Positions 40,685 through 50,700 are shown, counted from the stretch's first letter. The stretch is DNA of 64,000 nt from Akkermansiaceae bacterium (GCA_051251915.1 JBPOGF010000006.1:117285-181284), one strand, 5' to 3'. Program-made: numbers and translations. The notes: generated by a model not told the origin, from the sequence alone.

Positions 40685-41656
40685 ATGAGTTCCAAGATCT
40701 ATGTACATAAATATCTGATGCACAGCCGTCAGGGTTTGAATAGCAGATCTCACACGATTCAACATGAAGGTGCTCTGATTAGGGTTGAAGTGGACGGCGT
40801 TCCTGGCTTTGGGTGTTTGCATCCATGGGTAGAGTTAGGGGACTCTGGGTTAGGTGAGTTGATCAAACAGCTATCGGAAGGCAGGGCTTCGCGCCAGGTG
40901 AAGTGTGCTTTAGAATGTGCTGCAGCTGATAGAAGAGCGCGAGCGCAGGGGGTAAGTTTATTTGCCGGGCTAGAGGTGCCTATGAGTCACGCTACGATTG
41001 TGGGTGGAGCTGATAGGGTGGAGCTTGCTGTTGCGGCAGGTTTCGATACTGTGAAGCTTAAAGTGGGGCGTGATGTGGTGGAGAACTTAAGGCTCCTGCG
41101 AGAGGTTAACGGTTTATTTCCAGAGCTTAAGATGAGGTTAGATTTTAATGGGGTTTCTGGTGAAGGAGCATTAGAGTTCATGCTGATGGAAATGGGTGAG
41201 GGCCTGAGGCGACAGATTGACTTTATCGAGGATCCATTCCCGCTGGGGATATCAGCTTGGGATACACTTAGGGATAAGTATGGGGTGAAGTTTGCTGTAG
41301 ATAGAGGGATAGCTATGGCGGATGGGGAATACGATGTTTCCGTTGTGAAGCCCGCAATAGATAAGACAGTGAAGATATGTGATGCTGCTCAGATGGCGGG
41401 AAGAAGTGTGGTGGTCACTAGCTATATGGATCATCCTGTAGGTCAATGTTATGCGGCATATTGTGCAGGATTGATGAATGATATGTACCTCGGACTCGTG
41501 AACAAGCGATGTGGGCTGATGACACATGGAATCTACGAACCTACAGAATTTACTGAGCGAATGGGAGGCATAAGTCCTGCTTGGAATATCGTGAGTGATT
41601 CTACTGGATTGGGATTTGATGATCTATTAGACCAATTAGATTGGAAATGTATTTAA
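40685..41656 (+). CDS. menC: o-succinylbenzoate synthase-like enolase-superfamily protein
   Basis: HPW.ELGD, KLKVG, RLDFN, FIEDP, VVKPA and TSYMDHP.GQ motifs. Confidence 0.75.
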   Translation: MSSKIYVHKYLMHSRQGLNSRSHTIQHEGALIRVEVDGVPGFGCLHPWVELGDSGLGELIKQLSEGRASRQVKCALECAAADRRARAQGVSLFAGLEVPMSHATIVGGADRVELAVAAGFDTVKLKVGRDVVENLRLLREVNGLFPELKMRLDFNGVSGEGALEFMLMEMGEGLRRQIDFIEDPFPLGISAWDTLRDKYGVKFAVDRGIAMADGEYDVSVVKPAIDKTVKICDAAQMAGRSVVVTSYMDHPVGQCYAAYCAGLMNDMYLGLVNKRCGLMTHGIYEPTEFTERMGGISPAWNIVSDSTGLGFDDLLDQLDWKCI

Positions 41657-41793
41657 ACAGTTGTTTGTTTTCTGGGGACCCTTGAGCGGGCTTATGCCTA
41701 GAGTATCATAGGTGAAACTAAAACTATGGTATATATTCTATACAAAAATAATTACTTGCGTTTATTGGTTAGCAACAATATATAAAGAGAGTT

Positions 41794-42120
41794 ATGGCCA
41801 AAGAAATACAAGAATCAGCAAGAGGAAAGCGATATAGCTCAGCAGAACGAGTGAAAATCCTTACTTTTGTAGATAAATACAATGCAACAAATGGAAGAGG
41901 TGGAGCAGCAGCTGCATCTAGGAAATATGACGTTTCTCAACTTACAATAGGTAATTGGTTAAGAGCCGCTGGCTCACCATCACCTAAGCGCAAGAAAAGT
42001 AATGTGGATATAGATAAGACTCTAAAACGTCTCAGTGAACTTCATAAGCTTATGGCTCAGACTGAAGAAGAACTAGACAAACAGCGTAAAGAATACGCTG
42101 GATTAAAAATGGCTCTTTAG
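41794..42120 (+). CDS. Small HTH DNA-binding protein with C-terminal coiled coil
   Basis: KRYS...R...GGAAAASRKYDVSQLTIGNW HTH; standalone gene with a terminator. Confidence 0.7.
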   Translation: MAKEIQESARGKRYSSAERVKILTFVDKYNATNGRGGAAAASRKYDVSQLTIGNWLRAAGSPSPKRKKSNVDIDKTLKRLSELHKLMAQTEEELDKQRKEYAGLKMAL

Positions 42121-42159
42121 CCACCACCTCCAAAACACACGTAAATCAATATTAACAAC

Positions 42160-42196
42160 AAAGTCGGCTATTCAGAAATGGATAGCCGATTTTTTT
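42160..42196. terminator. Bidirectional terminator
   Basis: AAAGTCGGCTATTCA-gaaa-TGGATAGCCGATTTTTTT. Confidence 0.85.
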
Positions 42197-42286
42197 ACTT
42201 TGAAAGAGGGGAAACGCATTCACTAGCCTAAATGCTCTATAGTTTATAGAATATAGACTAGCGAAAACGAAACACGCATCTTTTTG

Positions 42287-42505
42287 TTACTCGCCGCCAG
42301 CGGAATCCGCTGTGTCCTTGATATCAGTCAAGGCAGCGATGAAGTCACCGAGTATGTCTGCGGGAACCATGATGGTATCACGATTTCCACTAACATCTTC
42401 AGTGATCTTTACTACTTTGCCACGAGCATTCTGTTTGAGATCTAGGAAGAAAATCTTCCTGTCTGCTAGAATTTTTTCAGTATGCAATAGGTCATTATTC
42501 TGCAC
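42287..42505 (-). CDS. PUR-domain (PurA/DUF3276-like) nucleic-acid-binding protein
   Basis: RKIFFLDLKQNARG...KITE.....R.TIMVP motif; GTG start preceded by an AAGGAG Shine-Dalgarno. Confidence 0.85.
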   Translation of the reverse strand: MQNNDLLHTEKILADRKIFFLDLKQNARGKVVKITEDVSGNRDTIMVPADILGDFIAALTDIKDTADSAGGE

Positions 42506-42676
42506 CTTTTCTCCTTCTTTTTAATGATTCAAGTCACCACGCTTACCATAAGCGTGATTTGCAATGATACTGAATAGTTCTCTAACAAGGTCAATGATAA
42601 ATGAGATTATTGTAAAAACTCTATACTGAATCAAATGTCTTTTCATCTTGATCTGAGTATTTAAGCTTGGTTTTAG

Positions 42677-43447
42677 ATGAAACTAACATTCTTAGGAACC
42701 AGCACTTCAGTAGGCGTCCCAGTAATTGGGTGCTATTGCCATATCTGTGTTTCTGATAATCCTAAGCTTCACCGAATGAGGTCATCTGTTCACATTGAGT
42801 CGGCCACGCATTCTCTACTTGTGGACTCAGGTCCAGACCTTAGGCAGCAAGCTCTTAGGCATTCATTGACTAAGGTCGATGCGGTTCTCTACACTCATCA
42901 GCATCTAGATCATGTAGCAGGTTTCGATGAGCTCCGAGCATTCTGTTGGCGAAGGGAGGATCCTTTGCCTCTTTACTCGACACTTTCGTGTCTGAATGAG
43001 TTGAAAAGGGTTTATGATTGGGCATTTGCAGAAGGGAATACTTATAAAGGATATATTCGGCCACTGGCTGTTCCAATTGTGGATCGTTTTAATCTAGGTG
43101 ATGTGGAAATAACGGCAATTCCTGTGGAACATGGTTCTGTAGAGACGATTGGGTACCGATTTGATGATGAACAAATGTCGATTGCTTATATACCCGACGC
43201 TAAGCGATTAAAGCCCGGGTCCGCCGAATTGTTAGCAAATCTAGATCACTTCATTATCGATTGCTTAAGGGAAAAAGAACATCCCACGCACATGTCACTC
43301 GCAGAATCGCTAGCGACTATTGATTTAGTAAAGCCTAAGCAAGCATGGCTGACACATGTGGCTCACGAAATGGATGTTGAAAAAGTGGAATCGATCCTTC
43401 CCTCGAATGTACAGTTTGCTTATGATACTCTGACCTTGGCACCTTGA
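42677..43447 (+). CDS. MBL-fold metallohydrolase (PhnP-like phosphodiesterase)
   Basis: LGTSTSVGVP.IGC.C..C, GPDLRQQAL, THQHLDH and THVAH motifs. Confidence 0.92.
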   Translation: MKLTFLGTSTSVGVPVIGCYCHICVSDNPKLHRMRSSVHIESATHSLLVDSGPDLRQQALRHSLTKVDAVLYTHQHLDHVAGFDELRAFCWRREDPLPLYSTLSCLNELKRVYDWAFAEGNTYKGYIRPLAVPIVDRFNLGDVEITAIPVEHGSVETIGYRFDDEQMSIAYIPDAKRLKPGSAELLANLDHFIIDCLREKEHPTHMSLAESLATIDLVKPKQAWLTHVAHEMDVEKVESILPSNVQFAYDTLTLAP

Positions 43448-43461
43448 ATGGAAATCAATTT

Positions 43462-45042
43462 ATGAAATACTTAATCTTTACAATACTCCTACTCTCTCAA
43501 CTTTTCGTGGTAGCAGCAAAGCAGTCGATCTCGAGATCCTCGGTAGCAGTTATCTATAACTCAACTATGCCAGAATCTAAGGAGTTGGCAGAATTTTATG
43601 CTAGTAAGCGCTCGATACCACTGGATAATCTTATAGGCTTACCATTATCTAAGAGTGGAAAGATTAGTCGTAAAGAATACATTGATACGTTAGAAAAACC
43701 TCTGCGAGCACATTTTACAGATAAGGAGTGGTGGCGTCTTCAGTTCACTAATGATGGAGTGCAACTTGCTACCAGAAATAAGATAGAGGTTATGGTCTGC
43801 ATGTATGGTGTGCCATATGGGGTAAATAATGAAGCCAATTTAGTTCTGCCTGAGGGAGTGGCGTCGACCGCTCTTACTAAACAAAACTGTGCATCTGTGG
43901 ATAGTGAGTTAGCTGTGCTTTCTATGCATGACATACCTACTTATCAACCTCTGTCTAATAAATATTTCAAGAAGGACTCAAATTTTGTTGAAGCTAATAC
44001 ACCATTTTACATGCTAGTAGGTAGAATAGATGCTGACAGTGTGGCTACTTGTAAGCGGATGATCAATGATGCGATAGAAACCGAAAAAACTGGGTTATGG
44101 GGCATGGCGTATCTTGATCTCGCTAGGAAAGGTGCTGGCTACAGAATAGGGGATGACTGGATTAATGAGATAGAGAAGAAAAACTGGAAGCTTGGTATTC
44201 CGACGACGATTGATAAGAACAAAGATACTTACCTGACGAATTACCCGATGAAGGATGTGGCGATGTATTTTGGATGGTATACTGGTAGTGTCAATGGGCC
44301 ATTTATAAATCCCGATTTCACCTTTAGAAAGGGTGCAGTGGCTGTTCACCTGCATTCGTTTAGTGCTCAAGAATTAAGAGATCCCAACCGTTTTTGGGTG
44401 GGGCCATTAGTAGCCAAGGGAGCTGCTGCGACGGTGGGAAATGTGTATGAACCTTATTTGGGGGGGACACATCATTTCGATATTCTGCATGACCGGCTCA
44501 CCAAAGGATACACCTTAATCGAGTCTGCGTATATGTCCATACCTCTACTCTCTTGGCAGAACGTGGTCATCGGTGATCCGCTTTATCAGCCGTACAAGCA
44601 TTTAGCTGGCACGGGTGTGGAAGCCGAGGATGATAAGTTTTATAGAGCATGTAACATGGCGTTCAAAGCATGGGGAGCTGATATACCGACCATGGTGAAG
44701 AAGCTACGTTCTGCAGCACACAAGACGAATGATGCTAGATATTTTGAGGTGGTGGGGTTGTTTCGTCGCTTTCAAGGTAAGCTAGATGAAGCGAATTTGT
44801 TCTTCAACTCCGCTCAGAAAATGTATCTTTTGAGTTCAGATAAAGCGCGTAATGCATTTCACGTTCTAGATATGATGGTTCAAGCAGGGCAAAAAGAACA
44901 GGCTATCATGGGGTGTAAGGCGATGCTCATAAAAATAAAGGATACTCCGGAAGCTAAAACGCTACAGGCGATGCTAAATATACTTAGTCCGCCGCCGCCG
45001 CCACCAGCTAAGCCAAATAAAGAAATTCCAGCTAAGAAATAA
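43462..45042 (+). CDS. TIGR03790-like secreted protein
   Basis: VAVIYN...ES.ELA..YA..R.IP, ASVDSEL, VGRID, YFGWY, HLHSFSA, GNVYEPYL and SW..VVIGDPLY. ATG at 43462; alternative TTG at 43444. Confidence 0.8.
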   Translation: MKYLIFTILLLSQLFVVAAKQSISRSSVAVIYNSTMPESKELAEFYASKRSIPLDNLIGLPLSKSGKISRKEYIDTLEKPLRAHFTDKEWWRLQFTNDGVQLATRNKIEVMVCMYGVPYGVNNEANLVLPEGVASTALTKQNCASVDSELAVLSMHDIPTYQPLSNKYFKKDSNFVEANTPFYMLVGRIDADSVATCKRMINDAIETEKTGLWGMAYLDLARKGAGYRIGDDWINEIEKKNWKLGIPTTIDKNKDTYLTNYPMKDVAMYFGWYTGSVNGPFINPDFTFRKGAVAVHLHSFSAQELRDPNRFWVGPLVAKGAAATVGNVYEPYLGGTHHFDILHDRLTKGYTLIESAYMSIPLLSWQNVVIGDPLYQPYKHLAGTGVEAEDDKFYRACNMAFKAWGADIPTMVKKLRSAAHKTNDARYFEVVGLFRRFQGKLDEANLFFNSAQKMYLLSSDKARNAFHVLDMMVQAGQKEQAIMGCKAMLIKIKDTPEAKTLQAMLNILSPPPPPPAKPNKEIPAKK

Positions 45043-46412
45043 TGGAGCAGAGTTATGCATCTCTGTTAGATTTTGTTAGGCCGTTGGATCTGTTGTGTGA
45101 GAAATCACATGCAACTATTGAGCTTCCTGATGAATTAGAGCTTCAAGCGATTTGGTTTAATGGCCAGTTTGGTAGAGACTTCACTACTACTTGTGGGAAG
45201 AAAATCTATATTAAGCAATTTGGATTTTGGAATAGATCTGCAGGGCCTGATTTTTTGCATGCTGCTATAAGTATTGATGGGGAGACGTATGCTGGACCTC
45301 TTGAAATTGATACCCGTCCATCTGACTGGGAGAACCACGGTCACGATGTGAACCCGGCATTTAATGAGACTATTGTTCATGTTGTTTTTGAGCCTTCTCT
45401 GACAGATCATTATACACGGACAGTGGATCATTGTGAAGTTCCGAAAGTGGTGGTTCCTCTATCGCGTATACAAGCTGCTCTGCAGGCCCCGCTCAGCGCT
45501 TCAGCTCCATTGCATATGGGCCGATGCCACAAGCCACTAGCTAATACATCCGTTCTCAGAATCAATGATCTGTTAGAGCAGGCCGCCAAGCATCGATGCC
45601 TGGTGAAGGCTAAGCGTCTGATGGCCATACGTGAAAGCCATGGTAAGGATCAATCGCTATGGGTGGCGGTGGCGGAAACACTTGGTTACAGGCCAAATCG
45701 CTTGCCTATGACTTTATTGGCTCAGCGCTTGCCGATTCAGCAACTTAAATCATATGGTGATAGATCGCTTGCGCTTTGCTTTGGGACGGCGGGGTTTTTG
45801 CATCCGGATATTCACAAGAAGGCGCCAGAAGACTCGCAGCAGTGGTTAGAAAATCTCTGGGAAACATGGTGGCAGGACCGCACGAAGTATCAACTTGATC
45901 AAGATCGAGAAATCAAGTGGGTGCTGCATGGAAACCGTCCTATCAATCATCCTCAGAGGCGACTGGCAACGTTAAGTGTGATCTCTCAGCACTGGCCTAC
46001 TTTTCGCAAACTTTCTACGCAGCCGAAGGCTCTAACAGATTGGCTTCGTTCACTAACCGACCCTTTCTGGTCAAAACACTACACACTGACTTCTAAACCT
46101 GCAGCGAAGAAGTTAGTTCTCATTGGAAAAGATAGAATTTCTGATCTCATCATCAATCATCTTTTGCCGCTGAAAATAGCTGAAGGAGATAAGACTGCGT
46201 GGGCAACTTATCAATCATTTCCTGCGCCTGCAATTAATGAGAAGGTGAGGCGTGCGCATTATCGCTTGTTTGGGAATCGGGAAGACGCGGCACAATTTCT
46301 AAAGAAGTCTTGGCATCATCAAGCATTATTACAGATTTACCAAGACTTCTGTCTCGCGGATACTAGCGACTGTGACGACTGCCCGTTTCCCGAGCAGCTA
46401 TCACATTTTTGA
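45042..46412 (+). CDS. DUF2851 family protein
   Basis: E..LQ.IW, G.WN..AGPDF, GPLEID...SDW..HGH..NPAF and RP.NHPQRRLA motifs; C-terminal Cys cluster. Confidence 0.88.
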   Translation: MEQSYASLLDFVRPLDLLCEKSHATIELPDELELQAIWFNGQFGRDFTTTCGKKIYIKQFGFWNRSAGPDFLHAAISIDGETYAGPLEIDTRPSDWENHGHDVNPAFNETIVHVVFEPSLTDHYTRTVDHCEVPKVVVPLSRIQAALQAPLSASAPLHMGRCHKPLANTSVLRINDLLEQAAKHRCLVKAKRLMAIRESHGKDQSLWVAVAETLGYRPNRLPMTLLAQRLPIQQLKSYGDRSLALCFGTAGFLHPDIHKKAPEDSQQWLENLWETWWQDRTKYQLDQDREIKWVLHGNRPINHPQRRLATLSVISQHWPTFRKLSTQPKALTDWLRSLTDPFWSKHYTLTSKPAAKKLVLIGKDRISDLIINHLLPLKIAEGDKTAWATYQSFPAPAINEKVRRAHYRLFGNREDAAQFLKKSWHHQALLQIYQDFCLADTSDCDDCPFPEQLSHF

Positions 46413-46422
46413 TCGATTTGAA

Positions 46423-47988
46423 TTACTCGAAAGCACCATTGAGCATGCGTTTGATGCTAGCTGGATTGTCATCTTGCAGTTCTAGTGGTAAGTTATTTTG
46501 TGGGAAATTTTGGTATGAAACTAAACGTGTGTAGCGGAAGATGGCCATGCCGCCAACGGATGTTGTGCGTCCATCTGAAGTGGCAGGGAATGGTCCGCCA
46601 TGCATCATAGAGCTGCATACTTCGACTCCTGTAGGGAACTGGTTGAAGATGACGCGGCCGGATTTGCGGTTGAAAATTTCTACTAGGTCGGTGATGTCAT
46701 CTTCTGGGCCTGCGTGGATGGATGTGGTGAGTTGGCCTTGGATGGACTCAGCAAGTGCGAGGAGTTCTTCCTCGTCTTGGTATGTTACTAACAGAGTAGC
46801 TGGCCCGAACATTTCTTCAGAAAGAGCTTTGTTGCTAACGAATTCTACAGCCGTTGTGCGGAAGACGCATGGTGCGCCTGCTCCGAATTCGTCTGTTCCG
46901 ACATTAAGTAATGTTTCAACATTTGGTTGAGATCCGATGGTGGTAGTGGCGTTATTGTATGCCTTGCAGATTCCAGGGTGGAGCATAGTGGCACCTGGGA
47001 CTTGGGAAGTGAGTTCGATGAATTTATCTGTGAATGCTTCTGCTCCTTCAGCAGGGATGAAAAAGATTCCAGGATTGGTGCAGAATTGTCCAACTCCGAG
47101 AGTAAGTGATCCAGATGCGGCAGCAGCGAATGATTCCGCTTCGGTATCATTATTGAGCACACTAGGTAACACGGCTATTGGGTTAGTGGCGCTCATTTCT
47201 GCGAAGACAGGAATTGGCTCAGGTCTTGAGGCCGCGATGTCCATTAGAGCTTTGCCGCCAGCAAATGAGCCCGTGAAGCCAACTGCTTTTATTTCAGATG
47301 CTGCAACTACGGTCTGCCCAACAGCATAGCCATTGCTGAATAACAATGAGAACACTCCTTCTGGCATTCCGGTAGAAACTGCGGCAGATTGTATTGCGTT
47401 GCCCACTATTTCAGCGAGGCCTGGATGTGCAGAGTGAGCTACTACTACTACTGGACAACCTGCGGCGAGGGCGGAAGCGGTGTCACCACCAGCTACGGAA
47501 AATGCTAGCGGAAAATTAGATGCGCAGAAGACACCTACTGGTCCTAGGCCTGTAAGCATAGAGCGAAGGTCTACTTTAGGGATGGGTGCTCGGTCTGGCT
47601 GAGCGGTCTCGATGCGAGCGTCAACCCATGAGCCTTCTTCGACTATGTCAGCGAATGATCTTAGCTGGCCCATGGTGCGGCCTGATTCTCCGCGCATGCG
47701 GCCTTCTGGGAGTCCTGTTTCGAGTGGGCCGCGAGCGGCGATGTCTTCGATGACGGCTTCAATATTTGTTGCGATAGCTCGGAGAAAAGTGGCTTTTTCG
47801 GCACCTGATTTCAGTCTGTATTCGTAAAATGCTTCTTCAGCGAGTTCCAGTGCACGGCTGACTTCTTGATCTGTGGCTGCGATTGTATCTGGGGAGAGTT
47901 TTTCTCCTGTGGCTGGGTTGATACCTGATCCGCTGACTTCAGTGCCTGCGCCACGAGAGTTTCCGATGAATGATTTACCTGTAAGCAT
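46423..47988 (-). CDS. NADP-dependent aldehyde dehydrogenase (2,5-dioxovalerate/KGSA dehydrogenase type)
   Basis: ASNFPLAFSVAGGDTASALAAGCP, GFTGS, FAEMS.TNP, GQFCTNPG, PTGVEV and HGGPFPAT motifs. Confidence 0.93.
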   Translation of the reverse strand: MLTGKSFIGNSRGAGTEVSGSGINPATGEKLSPDTIAATDQEVSRALELAEEAFYEYRLKSGAEKATFLRAIATNIEAVIEDIAARGPLETGLPEGRMRGESGRTMGQLRSFADIVEEGSWVDARIETAQPDRAPIPKVDLRSMLTGLGPVGVFCASNFPLAFSVAGGDTASALAAGCPVVVVAHSAHPGLAEIVGNAIQSAAVSTGMPEGVFSLLFSNGYAVGQTVVAASEIKAVGFTGSFAGGKALMDIAASRPEPIPVFAEMSATNPIAVLPSVLNNDTEAESFAAAASGSLTLGVGQFCTNPGIFFIPAEGAEAFTDKFIELTSQVPGATMLHPGICKAYNNATTTIGSQPNVETLLNVGTDEFGAGAPCVFRTTAVEFVSNKALSEEMFGPATLLVTYQDEEELLALAESIQGQLTTSIHAGPEDDITDLVEIFNRKSGRVIFNQFPTGVEVCSSMMHGGPFPATSDGRTTSVGGMAIFRYTRLVSYQNFPQNNLPLELQDDNPASIKRMLNGAFE

Positions 47989-48111
47989 AAGTCCATTTAA
48001 AGCCGATCTGGTTCTAGGTCAAGCAGGGGCTGTGATCTATGCCGAATTCACATGCGAGGCGGTGAAAATGAGACAATTTACAACTTTTGAAAATTTATCT
48101 CTAAGAAAAGA

Positions 48112-48696
48112 ATGGGTAAAGCGTTTCTACTAGTGAATAGTCCAAGCATCAGCAATGCATCCGAAATGGACATAGACAAACTAACCATGATTTCCACCGC
48201 AGACGATTTAGTAGAGTATGCTCTCAAGGAGTATGAATCTCCGCTGATAGGCTATGCTATGGGGATCTTAAAAGATCTAGACCGTGCGCGTGACGTGGTT
48301 CAAGACACTTTTATCCGACTCTACAAGCAAGATGTAGAAAAGGTGAAAGGTGGACTTAAAACCTGGCTCTACACGGTCTGCAGGAACCGGGCACTAGATG
48401 TGCTGCGAAAGGAAAAACGCATGGTTGTGGTCGATGACGAGATGTTTAGCTACACAGAATCTAAGGACCCATCGCCTGATACAGTAGCAGATCAACATGA
48501 ACGGGTGGCGCAGCTGATGGAGTATTTAGAAACACTATCAGAGAACCAGAAAGAGGTTATTTTGCTGAAGTTCCAACAAGGTATGAGCTACCAGGAAATC
48601 AGCGAAGCCACGGGGCTAACCACAGGTAATGTGGGATTCCTGCTACATAACGGGCTGAAGAAACTCAGAGAAATCTTACCTCAAGACCTGATCTAA
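48112..48696 (+). CDS. ECF RNA polymerase sigma factor (true start may be a downstream ATG)
   Basis: Region 2 ARDVVQDTF..L...WLYTVCRNRALD..RK; region 4 L......EV..LKF..GMSYQEIS. Confidence 0.93.
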   Translation: MGKAFLLVNSPSISNASEMDIDKLTMISTADDLVEYALKEYESPLIGYAMGILKDLDRARDVVQDTFIRLYKQDVEKVKGGLKTWLYTVCRNRALDVLRKEKRMVVVDDEMFSYTESKDPSPDTVADQHERVAQLMEYLETLSENQKEVILLKFQQGMSYQEISEATGLTTGNVGFLLHNGLKKLREILPQDLI

Positions 48697-48720
48697 GAGA
48701 AAATTTTAAACCAAAAGAAC

Positions 48721-50061
48721 ATGAAGAGTAAACTCACAAACAACGATCCGAGATTGACTGCATACGCACTCGGTGAACTCCCTAGAGATGAGGCTGAAGA
48801 AGTATCCAGATTATTGGCTGCGAATGAGAACCGGCCGCTTAAACGCGAGGTGGCAAGCATTGATTCACTTGGTGTCATGCTCAGCAATACGTTAAATTCT
48901 GGGGCTGGAGATAGTCTTAAATTAAGTGCTAGCCAACGAGATGCAATTTTCCGCTCGGCGAAAGCACCGACTGCTGATGATGTGAGTTCAGCCCACCAGT
49001 CTGCGTGGTTGAGACCTGTGTTAGTGACTCTCGGAGCAGCCGCGTTGGTGACAATATCGTTTATGGTGTTAGATAATGTGGATAGCAGTGAAGACATGTT
49101 GACCAGGATGCCAGAGGTAAGTTTTTCTGAGCTTACGGAAGATAAACTCAATGCACCTATCCAACCCAGTGCTGCAAACTGGGAGGGTGAAGCGGGGTCT
49201 AGCAGTGTTAGTAGCCAAGGGGCTGTTGACGTGAGCTATCCATTAGCTGATGAAGGGGGGGGTATAGAAGATGATAAAGGTCAACTTATTAACTTAGTAG
49301 AGCACGACTGGGTGAACCGAGCGGACCAAGCTGTCACTAGGATGCCTATGGCTTGTGGTAAAGCGAGCTGGAAGTGGGTTAAGCATAGCATCGAAGTTGA
49401 TGGGGTTCTTCCTGATAAGAATGCAGTTAGAGTGGAAGAGGTTCTCAATGCATTCCAGTATGATGAGCCTTCTGATCTGGAGTTGTCTTTTGTCACCGCG
49501 GGCGTTGAACTAGTTGAGTGCCCGTGGAATGATGAGAAGCTTATTGCCGTGATCCTAGTGAAAAATAAACATGAGCAGATTACTCAGATAGAGACAGCTG
49601 TTACCTTTAGTGAATCGGTAGGAAGGTACCGTTTAGTAGGGTATGCAAAGGCTGAGTCTGGTAACGAGAACATTATTGCGCCAGCTAAAATTACTATGGC
49701 TGCTGGTAGTGCACAGATTGTTATGTATGAAATCGAAACGACTGGGGACTTGGAAGACGCTGTAGATATTCTGTCCTTAAACCTTAGAACTTCAAGTTTG
49801 CAAGGTGAAGAATGGGTGAATGACGATAAAACTTTGAAAGTGCAATACAGTGATCGTTCATGGACCAAGGCTGAACAAGATGTGCAGTTCGCTTTGACCC
49901 TTGCAAGTTGGAGTCAAGTCATCTCAGGTAGTAGCTACACTGCTGAAATGGGCAAAGAGGGTGTCGTAGAAATGATTAGTTATTTTGATTCACTCCATGA
50001 TCTAACAGTTGAACAATCTGAAGCTATCGACACCATGAAAAAAGGTTTGGAGATAAGATAG
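48721..50061 (+). CDS. Putative anti-sigma factor with YfbK-like (vWF_A-associated/DUF3520) extracytoplasmic part
   Basis: N-terminal DPRLTAYALGEL, one TM helix, LP...AVRVEE.LN.F.Y, CPWN and YRLVGY; directly after the ECF sigma gene. Confidence 0.7.
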   Translation: MKSKLTNNDPRLTAYALGELPRDEAEEVSRLLAANENRPLKREVASIDSLGVMLSNTLNSGAGDSLKLSASQRDAIFRSAKAPTADDVSSAHQSAWLRPVLVTLGAAALVTISFMVLDNVDSSEDMLTRMPEVSFSELTEDKLNAPIQPSAANWEGEAGSSSVSSQGAVDVSYPLADEGGGIEDDKGQLINLVEHDWVNRADQAVTRMPMACGKASWKWVKHSIEVDGVLPDKNAVRVEEVLNAFQYDEPSDLELSFVTAGVELVECPWNDEKLIAVILVKNKHEQITQIETAVTFSESVGRYRLVGYAKAESGNENIIAPAKITMAAGSAQIVMYEIETTGDLEDAVDILSLNLRTSSLQGEEWVNDDKTLKVQYSDRSWTKAEQDVQFALTLASWSQVISGSSYTAEMGKEGVVEMISYFDSLHDLTVEQSEAIDTMKKGLEIR

Positions 50062-50089
50062 ATTATTAATTGTAGCCTCTATAGCTAAC

Positions 50090-50126
50090 AAAAAGAGCCA
50101 CTCATGTCTGAGTGGCTCTTTGTTTT
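50090..50126. terminator. Bidirectional terminator
   Basis: AAAAAGAGCCACTCA-tgtc-TGAGTGGCTCTTTGTTTT. Confidence 0.9.
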
Positions 50127-50148
50127 AAAATTTAGGGTATGTAGCTAA

Positions 50149-50700
50149 CTATTTCTTCTTCTTTTTAGCTGTTTTTTTTGCCTTTTTGGTTACTTTCTTC
50201 TTTGCAACTTTCTTTGCTTTTGTGGCAACCTTCTTCTTTGCTGTTTTCTTCGCTACTTTTTTCTTGGTTGTCTTCTTGGCTTTTTTGGTAACTTTCTTTT
50301 TGGTTGTTTTTTTGGCTACTTTTTTCTTAGTGGCCTTCTTTGCCTTTTTAGCTACTTTTTTCTTCACCGTCTTCTTGGCTTTCTTAGCAACTTTCTTCTT
50401 AGCCGTCTTTTTGGCTTTCTTCGCCACTTTCTTCTTGGTTGCCTTTTTCTTAGTGACCTTCTTGGCTACTTTTTTCTTCGCTGTCTTTTTGGCTTTCTTG
50501 GCTACTTTTTTCTTTGCCGCTTTTTTGACTGTCTTGGCTACCTTTTTCTTGGCTGCTTTTTTAGCAGGGGATTTTTTGGAAACTTTCTTTTTCGCTACCT
50601 TCTTAGAGGTAACTTTTTTTCTAGTGACCTTCTTGGCTGATTTAGTAGCAACTTTTTTCTTAGCTGTTTTTTTTGCGGTTGATTTCTTTTTTGCTGCCAT
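50149..50700 (-). CDS. Histone H1-like lysine-rich nucleoid protein (Hc2/HctB-like composition)
   Basis: 183 aa, about 54% Lys by hand count, no acidic residues; KKKVAKKAKKTA-type repeats; followed by a terminator. Confidence 0.85.
   Translation of the reverse strand: MAAKKKSTAKKTAKKKVATKSAKKVTRKKVTSKKVAKKKVSKKSPAKKAAKKKVAKTVKKAAKKKVAKKAKKTAKKKVAKKVTKKKATKKKVAKKAKKTAKKKVAKKAKKTVKKKVAKKAKKATKKKVAKKTTKKKVTKKAKKTTKKKVAKKTAKKKVATKAKKVAKKKVTKKAKKTAKKKKK

Noticed and set aside
41794..42120. HTH protein as an IS3-type transposase OrfA
   Set aside because: No OrfB or DDE gene, no terminal inverted repeats, and it is followed by its own terminator.
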